Shown in pieces: positions 51,301 to 64,000 of a stretch of DNA of 64,000 bases. The stretch covers positions 372,001 through 436,000 of the forward strand of contig JAKMXF010000277.1 in assembly GCA_024704765.1 (NCBI GenBank), read 5' to 3'. Every line of letters starts with the position of its first letter. Position 1 is the stretch's first letter. Origin of the DNA: Oopsacas minuta (Eukaryota; Animalia; Porifera). The notes beneath the pieces are model-generated. The model saw only the letters and a list, made by a program, of their open reading frames with translations, was not told the DNA's origin and did not search any database. The position numbers and the translations under genes are program-made.

Positions 51301-51532
51301 AGTATATTAGTCTCATCACCAATACAATTTACCTCGGCAATTCTGTAATTAGTATTTCGAGAATCATGTTGACTTGTGTTAACAAAAGTTGCCCAACGAT
51401 AGCCCAGTATCCGGCATATTACATCTCCATTATACTGCATCCAATCACGGCTACATACTGGCCCCCAATCACCTTCCACATAAGCTTCTAAAGTACCAAA
51501 GTTTGTATTAGTCAGTCGTATATCACCTTCAG
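35931..51532 (-). CDS. Giant type-I membrane receptor: SRCR-CTL-CTL-Ig-Ig-CTL-(IgX-IgZ-IgY)x6-FN3-TM; leader exon not found; one in-frame stop
   Basis: 25 exons. The 24 extracellular module exons have AG/GT ends, lengths divisible by 3 and phase 1-1; the terminal FN3/TM exon enters in phase 1. Summed coding length is about 7.5 kb. Confidence 0.88.
36465..45390 (-). CDS. Receptor Ig-like triplet array (18 exons)
   Basis: X: 45085-45390, 43011-43316, 41156-41452, 39725-40027, 38397-38699, 37195-37485. Z: 44556-44786, 42443-42691, 40791-41033, 39299-39550, 37889-38137, 36824-37078. Y: 43773-44039, 41528-41791, 40206-40475, 38913-39182, 37557-37826, 36465-36740. X has C..W..GYYSC; Z has LFC..W..EC (Trp absent in one copy); Y mostly has GRW..D.G.YKF without Cys. 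Confidence 0.8.
41940..42380 (+). repeat. Dispersed element with gtttgtttgtccg head (Helentron/HINE-like, tentative)
   Basis: Matches 54660-55070 and partly 54235-54400; ends in ...gcaaagcga(t/c)ga(a/g)ccaaaggctcgtaa. Confidence 0.55.
42769..42979. mobile_element. Degenerate TA-flanked MITE
   Basis: Ends CAGTAGACTCTCC and (revcomp) CGGTGAATTCCAC, TA on both sides. Confidence 0.4.
45473..45880 (-). CDS. Receptor exon: C-type lectin domain 3 with Arg-rich loop insert
   Basis: W.DAQSSC..GDLASI..CWIGL..W.D..C..CYFC pattern; 408 bp versus 390 bp for CTL1 and CTL2. Confidence 0.88.
46729..48038 (-). CDS. Receptor exons: two X-type Ig-like domains (47736-48038 and 46729-47031)
   Basis: Both 303 bp, phase 1-1, with FC/YC..W..PG(Y/S)(F/Y)SC. 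Confidence 0.8.
48417..49753 (-). CDS. Receptor exons: C-type lectin domains 1 (49364-49753) and 2 (48417-48806)
   Basis: Both 390 bp, CWIG motif; QPG in CTL1 and QPD in CTL2. Confidence 0.9.
50370..50520. mobile_element. hAT-like terminus with AACGG subterminal repeats
   Basis: Multiple (GT)AACGG motifs ending in accgttactatcta. Confidence 0.45.
51215..51532 (-). CDS. Receptor exon: SRCR domain
   Basis: IRL..G.LE.Y..G.WG.VC...W....DVICR.LGY..VNC.G.E..I.EC..C...DHVGMIC; 318 bp, phase 1-1. Confidence 0.9.
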
Positions 51533-53129
51533 CTGAAAAAAAATGAATATTAAATATATGTACTGTTTTCGAAGTTAACATCATATGTTCATAAAAATTA
51601 TGTTCTTTATACAGGGGAATCTCGTTATTAGGAACACCAAAGGATGGTTGTCATATCCAGAGTTCGTATCAACTGTCGAATTACAAATTCAATCCATTAG
51701 AAGGACTGTCACAAAAAGTTGATACCCCTCCTGCTTAGCATATACCCGAACCTCTTATAATCACTCCAAAAGCTGGTGATCACACAATATTTATGGTTTA
51801 TTGCAATATATGGGACGTCGATACGGGGGGGTATAGGGGGGCAATACCCCCTGAGAAATTCTCGTGCCCCGTTGGCTCAAATTGCAAACTGTAAAATTTC
51901 GGCTCAAATGGGACGCATCTTACCCTCAATATTATGTAATCCAAATACGTACCGAAGAATTATTTTAAATATTAGTATTACTATAATAAAATTTATCCAT
52001 CTGTTAATATACACATACACCCCAAGTGACCAGCCAAATGCTGGTTTGACCAGCGTTTGTAGCAATAACTTGTATTACGAAAGTGTAATTTTTGACTTAT
52101 CCTAGTAAATTATGCCTATTAGCCACTCAATGTTATTCTAGAGTCATATTTTTCATAGAGACCATTACCCTTAATGGTCTATATTTTCCAATAAACCGTA
52201 AAACGGTGTGATGTCCAGCATATAGAGATTTATTGGTGGGGTCTATGTATACACAAAGCAAAAGTCCATCGTAAATAATCCAAACCAAATGTGTATTACG
52301 CAGTTTTGAGAAATAGTTTCAAGATTCAAACCTACTTAAAAGTAGAAAGGTAACTAAAATGGTAGCAATTTTAGTTTGTTGTCTCTGGTAACTTCGTACC
52401 CACCCTGGTAAGTTATTTCCCCCCCCTAGGTGAAATCCTGACGACTTCCCTGGTAGTGATAATAGTTTCTATGAAAAAATTGGCTCCAACATAACATTGA
52501 GTGGTAAATTTACATAAATTTTGAATTCTGCTGTGTTATGAAGCAGTCATTTTGAGTTGTTGCCATGGTTTTGAGAAGGCTCAGGGAAGGCCTTCCTCTG
52601 TTTCAAGAAGCCCTCTCAGTTTTGTGGAAAATTACAAATCAAAATTAAAATCAACTCCTACTTAGAGCAAATTTATTCGAAAAAATCTTGTTTGACTAAA
52701 AATTCGAAAAAATTTCATTGAAATTCACGCATTTTGAGATTTAAAAACAAAAATTAGTAGCAATTTATTGATTTTTCAAGTTAAAATCATTTTTGGTGCC
52801 AAAATTCAATTTAAATTAAATATAGACAGTATTCTAGTGTGAATGAATGGAAAAATACGACGGATATTATCTCCTGTTTTCGAAATTTGAATCTATGAAT
52901 TGGCTCAGTTCCATTGACAAATATCAACAATAAAGTACTAATAATATTCTAACACAATGAAAATAGAATTTTGGCAGATATCGAAATTCAAGAAATAATG
53001 TCCCAATTAGTGGTATTTTATGTAAAAATCGGCCGATTTCATTTCAAATTTCTTTGGAAAAACATAGCAGACTTTTTCTCTGCATTTTCTATTAACAAAG
53101 TACTGCAGGGAGAATGTGTGATGTTATGA

Positions 53130-53250
53130 CTTCAAAAAGGTGGTAAAATCTCGTTTTAATGTAGGTGCGGGAATTTTTAAAACGAAGTGATAAAATTTAG
53201 TGTCCTTTTCATTACTAGCGTAAACTCCGACTGTAATCGGTTATCGTAAA
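53130..53250 (+). repeat. Dispersed ~120-bp repeat
   Basis: Aligns by eye to 60870-60980. Confidence 0.6.
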
Positions 53251-54659
53251 ATATATGATGTACAAATAATTGTACAAGCAAGAAATACATGCAGAGAGTG
53301 AAAATGTAAAAAATTTGGAAATATGTGGCAAATGTTGGAATATTGATAATAATGTCAGTATAATACTGTTTGTACACAATTGTATTTTGTTTTTGGTGTG
53401 TATACCTGTTTGATGCTATAATTCACAAAAGAAGGTATTATGAAAGTGCTCTGCGGTGTGTACAAGTACAAGGAAACATGATCTTAATCAGCATATATAA
53501 CAGCTTAAAAATACTAAAACAGAACATGTAAAGTAAGTTTCTGTAGAATGGATAAGAGTGATCTTTTGGAATCGCATCAGATCAATTATCATCTTACGAA
53601 AATATTTTATCAACACTTCCACAGAGTATGTACTTTCTAGGATATATCACGTGGTCAAAATTTACCAGATATCGATAAGATATTTTTGTGATGAGCTAGA
53701 TACTTATTGGAAGTTTGTGTATGTATCTAAGCAGCAAGACAGGCACAGAAAAGTTGGATTAAAGCAAATACTATACCCTATATACTAATATACATATCCT
53801 TGACATGCTCAAATCTTAGCCAGATTATGATATCTATCTGTGTCCGCAGAATTGGGTTATTGATAAATGACTGACATTAATAGCATTATTGTTCGCATTG
53901 AAACACTACGTATAGAAAGTTAAAGATGGTCACTAACTGGACAATGTAGATTCGTAAGTGATGCAAAGGAATACAATTGCTAGCAAACAGATTCGAACAA
54001 AAGAAACTTTTTACTATAACATTTGGTATAATCTGGATAGGAGCAACACATTTGAGATATTAGATGATTACACACATACAAAATTAGTTGGAGGACAAAT
54101 TGTCATTAATAGGGAGGACAAATTGTAAATTTCACACAACAATATGAATGACTCAATTATCCTAGCAAATGTATTAAAAGCTTACAATTATTGGAAATAT
54201 CTGTAACTTTGTAAAAGTAATTTCCATTTTTTTCTGTTTGTTTGTTTGTTTGTCCGTTGACCGTTGTCAAGAATGGATTAAGCAATGCTCCTTTGAATAT
54301 GAATATCAAAATTCTCGTGTTTACCAAGAAAGTAAACAGAATTCAATAAAACTTGATCAAATAGATTGAATATGCTGATTCTGATTTCACACTTTTTGAA
54401 TTAATCAATCATTCATATGCAAATTTTAAGTTGATTTTATGAAAACTAAGTAAACAAGAAATATTAATCTCATATTATACGAATGGACTTGCTCCCAAGT
54501 CCCAACGGCTATTCATGCGATAATTATAATTATGCTGAATCCGAATTTCGCATATTCAAGATTCTCAGGATAATTATTCGGAATCTCAACTATAGGATTT
54601 GAGGATAAAACATGAAATACAGTATGGGATTAAACTATATTATTAAATCTCAATTATTG

Positions 54660-55070
54660 TCTGTTTGTTTGTCCGTTGTCAAGGTAAGGATGTACGGTAT
54701 GTAATATTGAAATTGTAGATTTACGGTATGCAATTTTGAAATATACTTAACAGGCTTACTCACTCTAAACGGCTAACCAAGGGTAACTAAATAAGCTGAA
54801 TCAGGATTTCATATTTTCAAGTCTTTCATATGTACATATATTGTTGTTTTTATGAATAAATTTGCTCTAAACGGCTACACAGGGGCTTGATCTTATAATA
54901 TAATTCAATAATATATATGTCATATAGGTATAATTGTGAATTATATTGTTCTAAATATATCTATATTAAAATACTCAAAGGGGCCGTCAATTTGGAGAAT
55001 AATGGATACCTCGAGGTGCAATGCGCCGAATTCATCGCAAAGCGACGAGCCAAAGGCTCGTAATATAGAA
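54660..55070 (+). repeat. Second copy of the gtttgtttgtccg element
   Basis: Homologous to 41940-42380. Confidence 0.6.
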
Positions 55071-56977
55071 TATCATGCTAATCAATACAGCTTGGTATAC
55101 TATTTAGGCAAAGTTCTCAGACTAAGGAGCCCCAAATCAGTCCGGGCCTGGTGCAGTGCAGAGTTGTGCATTTGATTTCATTTTCATTTGATTTGATTTG
55201 GATTTGAATGAAATATCTATCAAATCCACAAGACTGTACACGGAGGGTCAGGGAAAGCACAAGGGGACTACGCCTTGTAAAAAATACATGAACAAATAAC
55301 CATGAGCTATACTACCAGTCTGTCGGCTGGACATTTTTTGGAGTACACACTGGATTGAATTTTGGAAACCTTTGGATTGTTTCGGGAATGAATTGATTAA
55401 AGCAGAGTTGTCAACCCTTTCCAATGTAACCAAAATCCGATTCAGCCGATTAGTATTATTGGAATCGTAATATATACATATATATTGACAATCGGTAATT
55501 CGATCTGATAATTCAATCGTTGAATTCAAAAATTTCAACTGAAGAAAATCTAAGCAATCCGAAAAAAACGTAGCAATCGAGACAATCAAAAATAGTTCAA
55601 TAGGAGAGGATTGGCAACCCTGAATAGGTTAGGTTTAAATCCTATGGAAATCCTGTGGGAAATTCTATGGGAATTCAAATGATAAATTATATGGCAATCA
55701 AAATTTCATTTCCACGGCAACTTTGCTATTTATTGACGTGAATCATTAGGAAAACACAGTAAATTATTGACACAAATTTACTTTATTCGTATTGTGAGAA
55801 GATAGTTAGTGTTTAATAATATACCTGGTGGACATGATTGTCCAGATGTCCCTTGAATAACCAAAATTAACAGCAGGGATAATAAAATACAAAATTTCAT
55901 TTCCCAGAAAAATCAAAGTTATCAGTACTAAAATGAGGTGAATTAGCATAAATTCAACTTCTTATATACCTGCATATGTAGCAGACCACTGCATTATTAA
56001 TTAAGCTATTATCACTCACAAACAAGAAACTAATACATTTATTAATAAATACTACCGATGTTAGACGTGTGAGATTAAAATTATAGATAGAATTATTTAG
56101 TATCTTCAGCATGGATATTTTCGTTTGGTTGATAATGTAAGACATAGTTGATAGAATGTTATATGTATTCAGACTCATATAATACTGTATAACATCATAA
56201 CTGATGTTATCAAACTTAGAGTACAAAATTTTGTCTAGTTGGTCAATAATATGTACTAGTGTGCAACAATTACAAGTTATCATAGATAGAACCGGTCAGC
56301 TTTTTAATGAACCAGCTGGTTGTTGCATTAAATCTTTTTCCATCATACTAGTATAATTTAAGTTAATAAAGAAATACATAGAAATAGTTACAAGTGTTAC
56401 AAGCCTATATTGAGTTAATTCTATCTCAAGAGTCTATCAATTAGTCATAGGTCAACCAGCCTTTCAACCCTGACCGTTTCCATCTCTGCTAGTCATATTA
56501 AATATTGGGTTTCCTACCGTTGGTTATCTGTCTTAATAAGGAGTATTGATGAAATGGACGCAGCTTCCTGGTTCCAGATAGTATACAGGCACTCAGGAAG
56601 CCAGCGGGGGTGTTGAAGGGCTAAGATCCCAATTATAAATATTCTTTTTCAATGAGCAATAAGTCTCCACTTTATGTAGTTGACTACGTTACTAAACAAA
56701 AGCGTAGCGGAGTATTATTATTTGAGGGAAAACAAATATTTAGGGGATACGCCATAGGCGTCCAGTTTGGATACCGGGGAGACTTCCCAGGTTTAGGGAT
56801 GAAGACCGTATTTTTGTAAAATTAACATAGAGATAGAGCAATTTTGCATTGTGGACCCCCAAGGTCTGATTTCGTTTGCTAAAACTTGGCTTCAATAGGT
56901 TACACAGATGTATTTTGAATATTCACATACAGTTCTACAAATGTTCTATGGCCATACTCATCAAGTAGGGAGTCTAC

Positions 56978-57293
56978 TAGAGTTCGCAACGGCCCCCACA
57001 CGAGGCATCCAAGCCCGAAGCCGACCCGGCCCGGCCAGACGCATACCTTAAAAATAGTTCAGATTAATTTCTAACATAGAATGAAAAATTGATTAATCAA
57101 ATCTAACAATCAGAAATTGTGATTGCTGAGAAATTGGAAAGATAATTTTAATTAACTAAAACAAAGAATTAAACCAAATTATTTCAAAATATAATCGGCG
57201 GTTTATTCGGAGCCCCAAGGTATGATCACGAAGCCCGCCCAGACAACCATAAGCCCAAACTGGCCACGGGCTCGGCCGAACTTGAGACCTCTA
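56978..57293. mobile_element. hAT-type MITE
   Basis: TIR TAGAGTTCGCAA / TAGAGGTCTCAA; 8-bp flanks GAGTCTAC / GAGACTAC (7 of 8 match); GCCCG-rich subterminal motifs. Confidence 0.65.
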
Positions 57294-57764
57294 GAGACTA
57301 CTGATAATATATTTGGGAGGTGGAGGTTCGCAGCCTTATTTATTATCACAAATGCGAAAATTGTCCTTATAAAATAATTAGCATTAGCTATCAGGTTTAG
57401 CGTGACGTCACATATATACGGACACTACTAGGGTATTATGTCCCTTCAAACCGCGACAAATGTTACGAATAAATACTAATATACTCCAAATACAATCTTC
57501 CTAGATATTTAATTCTCCAGAAATTGAAACTGATAGCTAATACAGCATATACAAGGAATGTAGGTTGTTATACTGAAACAAATTTACTTGCTGAAAGCCA
57601 TCTAACCAACATATCCGTAAATTTGTAAGACAATAGTCTCTTAGTAGATTAAAGAAAATGGGATTAGTTGTAGCTTTCAATTTCACCACTTGACACCTGA
57701 ATAATTAACGCACGAACTTGTATAAATACAGTTTGTAAATGAGACTAACCACATTAATTACCTT

Positions 57765-58117
57765 CTACTGTCACATAGGTTTGAATCTTGAAACAATTAC
57801 TCATAACTGCGTAATATACATTTGGTTTGGATTCTTTTCCGATTGACTATGTGGTTAGCGTATATGAATGAGATGGATACATTTGTGCAGGTAATAATCG
57901 AAAAATAATAGATAGGCCAGTAGATCAATATATGATATATCCTTGATATTTGGGTGAGATTACATAATTATAAGGGTAAGATTCTAGCCGAAATTTTACA
58001 GTTTGTAATTTGAGCCAAGGGGTTGCCCCGAGGCACGAAATTATACCAGGGGCGGCACGATATTTTGTCAAGGCGGTGGGGGCATTGCCCCCTTTACTCC
58101 CCGTGGCGACGTCCTGC
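57765..58117 (+). repeat. Copy of the 13880-14195 element
   Basis: Long shared blocks such as gaatcttgaaa..ctcataactgcg..catttggtttgga. Confidence 0.7.
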
Positions 58118-60576
58118 TAGTTATTTACATTGTCAATCTTAAAGGGATGGAATCATTCCTTAGAGATGTTGCTTGCTTGGAGCTGACTAAGCATCTTTTC
58201 ATATTTAGGGCGAGACGTATTACAAATCATCCGTAAAATAGGAAACATCTGATTATGAAATTCATTCATCTAGAATCATCCACTAACGTCTTTACTTATG
58301 TACATTTATTTTCTTCATTCTTTAAGTTCAATTTTGCATAACCTATAATCATAAGGACAGCATATGTATGTTTCTCGGCATTATGTATATGCATAATGCT
58401 GTGGCTGATCCAGGGCCTGCTCCCCATTTCACAGGCGCAACTAACGGTTTTTCATGACATGCTGGGGCCATGATAATGGCTGCTGCAGATAAGTTCAGAT
58501 ATTCAATAGAAAGTACAGATTAAATAAAATTCATTTCTAGCTCGCTTCGCTTCTTCGCGCTGCACCTATAGACACGAAATTTATTAATCATTCGCTAAAT
58601 GCATGAGCAAAAATAATGCGAGAGACATTTTACAGACAAATATAAGAGATACTACCAAGTTCATATACATTATGGTATCAACATTCCATTGGTCTGCATT
58701 ACATTTGAAATATTAAACCAGGCCCAGAGACTGACGTCGCGAACGGGCGATACGATCGGCTTTTCCGACCTCAGGGTACCTTGCCATAACTAAGGTGAGG
58801 CCTTCAGCGGCGCACCAAGGTTGTGATTCATGGTCGCGCGCAGTCGAGGACATTTTAATGTCTCCCATTAGTGATTACCAGACCGCATGTAATTTCATCG
58901 TTTACCAACAAATTCAACCATTTTGGCAAAGCACTTAGGTGACACGTAATAGCGAAGTGGCGGGCCGCCTAAACACGCACTACCATGGCTACGCCATGTG
59001 TGCTGATTTGCCATTTGAAATGCGACACCCTATTCTTAATTATTTCCCGAACTATTTACTTCATTTCACTCGTTACACAAAGGAGTGAATATGACATAAA
59101 TAGGTTGGGAGGTCTCCTCCACAGTGGCACCTCACCACTAGCACCCATAGAGACTGGGTGGTTGCGTGGTTGCATTGAGACGCCACCATATCGGAGACCA
59201 AAATGGGGGTAGGGGAAATTGAAAGTGTTCACACTATCTCAACTTAAAAGATAAGTTAGAGCAAAAGCCTTGACACGCTGAGCTGCCAAAGCGTACACTA
59301 TTGTCACCTGGGAATGAACGAAGTAGCTTGATTTTTCGAAGTATGCATAATAAGACAAAGCTATTATTCTTAGAAGACTAACAACTTGATCAGATAGAAA
59401 ATTAGGGTAGATCACTATATTTATACTAAATTGAATCAATGATCTTATCCTCCTACTTGCATAAACCTATTCAATAGTTCGTGATATTAGTAATTATTCT
59501 AATTTGATAAATTTCTAAAATTAGAATACATTCATATTATCATGATATCAGATGACATGATATTAGCATGTGCATTTACTATAGCTAGATTTGGTGAAAT
59601 ATGATTTTGTTTAAATCACATGAATTACTACTTTTTTGGAGAGAGATATTTGTCCAAATTTCTGTCCCTGTAGGCGCGCTGCATACTCATAGATAACAAC
59701 CTGTATTCTAAATATGTACTGTAGTTAAAAGCCAATTTGGCTATTTACTGTAATTAACAACAGGGTTATTTTTAGGGAGGCGCGGGGGGGTAGTAGCCCC
59801 CTTCCGTGTTTTTTCCTCATCTTAAAGTGCATCAGAATGACCCCCCTCCAAACAATCATAGGAAAAACACTGCAACAGACATTGGCTGTTAACATATTTT
59901 CGTTCACTATTTGAACTATAGTAGAGAAATTTACTTTGAATTAGTGGCAGGCTTGCTCCTGGATGTTGTCAGGATCTCTGACCAGTGTTTGGAAGCGCTG
60001 GACTATTTGAAGTGCGCTGCGCTTTGCTGCTCAGTACTAATTTAAATCTTCCACTACGCTTCCTGCACTGTAGTGCGGAGGTGGTTTGCTGTAACCAGCA
60101 CTGCGCTGGATCGGATTATTGACTTATTTATGTATGTATTTTAGATTTCAGCAATTTGCTCGAATTCCAGAGAAAATGATCACATTGATCCATGATAATT
60201 ATGTGTATCAGGGCATACACCCCAAGTGACCAGCATTTGTACCCAAAAGGTGAATCACGATAATTCATATTTCTACTATTTCGTTTTCATTGTATAAAAC
60301 ATCGATTCTTTCCAACTGCATCAGTCATATTTTTCTAGTAAACTACGTACGTATCATCATTACAGGCTAGATTATTATAGTAAACAATTTATGCAGTTGA
60401 TGACCAGCATTTTGAGTGTAAAAGGTTGGGATATATGGTTAGGGTAGTCTATACTAATTATGAATCTATGAGAATTTTGTATTTGTAATTACTATGAGTC
60501 TAGATATTGAGTCAGTTCTTGATAACGTAATGTTAAATTCTTATACCTGGGTAGGATCACTAGTGGAAAATTACTA

Positions 60577-60812
60577 CCGTAAATTGGGGCTACTCTGGCC
60601 CATTGGGCTTCTTTAGCACAAATATTAAAGTTCTCAAGAAATATCGAATTGATTCAGTAATAAACTTTAAAATGGCCAGGCAAATTCTAATCAAATATTC
60701 AAATATGCGTGGTCATTTTGAAGCTTATTACTGTAACACTTCGAGATTTCTTTGAGGACTTCAATATTTGGGCTAAAGCAAACCCAGTAGGTAAAATAGC
60801 CTCATTTTACGG
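60577..60812. mobile_element. TA-flanked MITE, copy 1
   Basis: Imperfect TIR CCGTAAA(T/A)TG(G/A)GGCTA, TA on both sides. Confidence 0.75.
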
Positions 60813-61699
60813 TATCTAACCAAATATGATTAACCGAATACTCCTGGGAAAATGTGTGAATTTATGACCTCCAAAGGTGCCAAAATCTCGTTTTTGGTGC
60901 GGGAATTGGTTAAAACAAAGTGGTAAGATTTTAGTGTTCCTTTTCATTACGAACGTAAACTTCAGCTGTGATCGGTTAAGCCAATCTAGGGTTTCAATCT
61001 GTGGCGTCGTGTGGCTTGAAATCTGGATGGGCACAAATTTAATCTAGCGTGTAACAAGTTCTGTATGAGGGTCTATGAGCGCTGTAAACAGTCAGTAGGG
61101 TCCAAGAGCGAAACTTATCGCAAGAAATAACGTTTGATTTGCAAGACCCTTGGAGTAATGATTTGGGAAGTCGGAGAATATCTTGTGGGGCCCAGGCCCC
61201 TCCAGGCACATATAGCACGACGCCACTGGTTTCATTATATATTACTAGATATACTAACGTAAACGCCCAAGTATAATTTTTAGCTATCCGTAATCATTAC
61301 TCAGTAGTATGACGCGGTAAAGTCAGACATTTCAAATTTCTCATAGGAAATTGATATATTTTCAGAATATGAACCCATATAATTGAGACTGTACTACGCA
61401 GTTAGAAGATATATTGTACTAGGGAGTGTGACCATATGCCACGATATACTAATATTTAGTCGAATCTCAAATGGCCACTAAGTTGAATGATTTTGGCTAC
61501 AAATTTCTGCCAAGGGAGTTGGGTAAGGAAATATCTTGAATACATTGAACATCATGAATATCCGCCACAATTGGTGACTATAACACCAAAACCGAGTGGG
61601 CAAAAAGGCACTTTAGGAGAAATAGGCATTTAGGTAGCCTCTTTCTGCTGGATCTATGCGAATAATAGCAAATCGATGCAATGAAATCGATTGAAAATA

Positions 61700-61916
61700 C
61701 CGTAAACTGGGGCTACTTTGGCCTACTGGGTTTGTTTAGCCCAAATATTGAAATTTGCTTACGTATCGAATAGATATTGTATTTGTATTCGAAATTGTCG
61801 ACCGATATTTCAAAATTCGTTAAAAATTTGGCAAGTCATTTTCAAGTATAATACTGAATCTAATCTAGTTTCTTTGAAACTTTGATATTTTGGGCTAAAG
61901 TAGCCCCAGTTTACGG
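61700..61916. mobile_element. TA-flanked MITE, copy 2 of the same family
   Basis: 20-bp perfect TIR CCGTAAACTGGGGCTACTTT; left flank TA, right flank TG. Confidence 0.82.
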
Positions 61917-63076
61917 TGCCAAAAGTATATTAAACCTTCAAAAATTCAACATGCGAAAGGATAAGCGCTAACTATACTATAAGTTATAACTTATTTAAGT
62001 AAATTTCGTCTAAAATATCGAAAAATATCGAAAAATATCGAGCTGTTAATTTTGGAATCGAATTCGTACTAGTGTTCGATTAACAAAGCTTGAGAAATGG
62101 CACATGTTTGACAACATGGTTCCCTATTTGCAAATCAGATGACGGCATTTCTCCTTGACAAAAGTTTGATGATATAGCTTAACTATCAATAATACATTTA
62201 TTCGAGACAAAATGTACAAATGTATATAATCAAAGTTATTAGAATTACCTATCAAATATAATATACTCGAAGTAATCCATGGTTAAATACCGTGAATAGG
62301 CCATATTTTCGTAGACTGTGGCAAATATGTATTAAAAAATGCTTGCACGTGTTTTTGGCAATATCCTCACATAGGATAGCCATTTTATTGTATACACCTG
62401 GGCATCAGTTTTAATCACCAAATTTATGGTCACGTACGTTCACTACAAATGATCGGATATTGTGGATGCGATTCTCGCGCCAAAAAGGATTGAAATCACG
62501 TTCAAGATAATTTTACGATCACATATAGGGAGATGCTTTATTACATGGGTCGGTATTTCCGTCCGCGCGGTCATGCAAAATCTACTAGTCCGATTGCCAT
62601 GAAAATTATTACACAACACTAGCCGTTTGATATACATGTAGGGGGTCTAGATTCGCAATTCTGTCTACCTAAAACGAACGAAAATATGATTGCGATCTTA
62701 CTTCCATTCGATCACTACTTATAAAATGATCGGCAATCATCCTCCGATCTTCAAAAATTTGTGTCGAGCGTGATCGAGCGATCAATGACCCCACGATATT
62801 ATACATTTAGTGACATGATATACGTTACAAATCTCACGATTCTATCGTGAGATGCGCAATTTAATATTAGTTTTGCATAAAAAGACCAGGGATTCAGTAG
62901 TATTAGTAGACCTGAGATCGTTGGGGATATTGTCAATGGCAATCCTCATGACAATCCAAAGATGGAGTATTTTAATAATATCTGCTATTATAAGAAAAAA
63001 GATTGAAGAGAATTAAATATCTGTACACAATTCTCAGAAAAACTCACAATTATAATTCTATCTTTATCATCTAGAG

Positions 63077-63308
63077 CAGGAGTCGGCAACCTTTTGAGCC
63101 TGCGGGCCAGATTGAGTCTTTCAGTGCATTGCGCGGGCCAAGCGATCACCACTATTCATTGAACGATGTACTGAATCATGCATTCACCATCAAGGATTAT
63201 CTTAGAAAAATAATATTCTAAAATTTTTGCTTCCAATTGATGAACAAATTGGAGTTCACAATATGGATGCTAAGGAGAGCGCCGCGGGCCGGAGGTTGCC
63301 GACCGCTG
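63077..63308. mobile_element. hAT (Charlie-type) MITE
   Basis: TIR CAG(GA/CG)GTCGGCAACCT and a perfect 8-bp TSD ATCTAGAG (63069-63076 and 63309-63316). Confidence 0.92.
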
Positions 63309-64000
63309 ATCTAGAGTATTCCAGCTGTTCAGAAATAGAGATTTGTGGATACATTCAAATTCAAAATTGAGAATATAAACAGAATTGGAACAATAATCCA
63401 GAGATAATAATATTATTAGACCTGTTTCGAAAGAAGAACCATAGAGATATCACTTGCTGTCATTCTCCTCTAGAAATGATATTCTTCTGTAAACTAGATC
63501 TTTGTTGAAAATGTGGGGAAAAGGATTTGATTCATCTAGGATAAATTATTTCTCTAATGAGTTTGATATCAAGAAGTTTTGAGAGAGTATCTTTACAAAA
63601 CTGAGACTTGTAACGAAGTTTTTCAGAAAGTATCGGAGTGCAGTTGTCACCACGATCCCAATTTTAAACATCTCCATTTGATTCATCGATTGTGAGACAC
63701 CAAGAATATTTAAACTCTAATTCTCCGTTTACATGTTGCCTGAGAAGTGATAATTATTAATTACGTAAATTTGGTATAATTTCGAACTTATTTCGTTGTT
63801 TCTCGTATACTGATAAAAGTATGCCCTCATGGGGAGGAATTATCCTCCTCATATTTACTTACTAAATTTTGCATTCTGTATAAATGCCGCAAATGACGCA
63901 AGCTAATGCCAGACAGATGATGGAGAGAACACTCTCCTGTTTTAAGGAGGTAACTGGACAAAGGACCAGGGTTGTCTTTACGTGGGTGGTGGATTAGCAG

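Noticed and set aside
53665-53806. Possible signal-peptide exon for the receptor (MSRICILV...GIVFALIQLFCACLAA, phase-1 GT donor)
   Set aside because: Needs a frameshift and read-through of a TAG, so it cannot be supported without transcripts.
58725-58850. SRP-RNA-like AGGTCGGAAA on the minus strand
   Set aside because: The flanking helix-8 pairing and AGCAG loop are missing.
62020-62041. (aaaatatcga)x3 and other short tandem runs such as 31121-31145
   Set aside because: Ordinary slippage repeats with no functional context.

Overview
AT-rich eukaryotic (animal) DNA with short GT-AG introns; the gene content suggests an early-branching invertebrate such as a sponge (inference only). (1) 1-32.5 kb is a shuffled mosaic of direct and inverted segmental duplications holding two interleaved families. 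One is single-exon secreted LRR proteins (signal peptide, about 10 LRRs, LRRCT, EGF-like, variable tail) whose differences concentrate on the predicted concave beta-strand residues, plus a set of broken LRR fragments. The other is Rab1-derived two-exon GTPases with degenerate switch I/G3 motifs, present as 3 intact genes plus orphan or pseudo exons. A PLAT-lipoxygenase gene with apparent lesions lies inside this cluster. (2) 35.9-51.5 kb (minus strand) is one large type-I membrane receptor gene of at least 25 phase-1 exons (about 2,500 aa): SRCR, 3 C-type lectin domains, 20 Ig-like modules mostly as a 3-exon unit repeated 6 times, FN3, TM and a short tail ending in SNV; one exon has an in-frame stop. 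(3) Two DD37D (maT) Tc1/mariner elements and several hAT-type and TA-flanked MITEs; 52-64 kb is intergenic repeat debris. No rRNA, tRNA or CRISPR array was found. Best candidates for new biology: the VLR-like hypervariable secreted LRR family co-duplicated with Rab pseudo-GTPases, and the giant lectin/Ig receptor. Single-base lesions could be assembly errors and need read-level checks.
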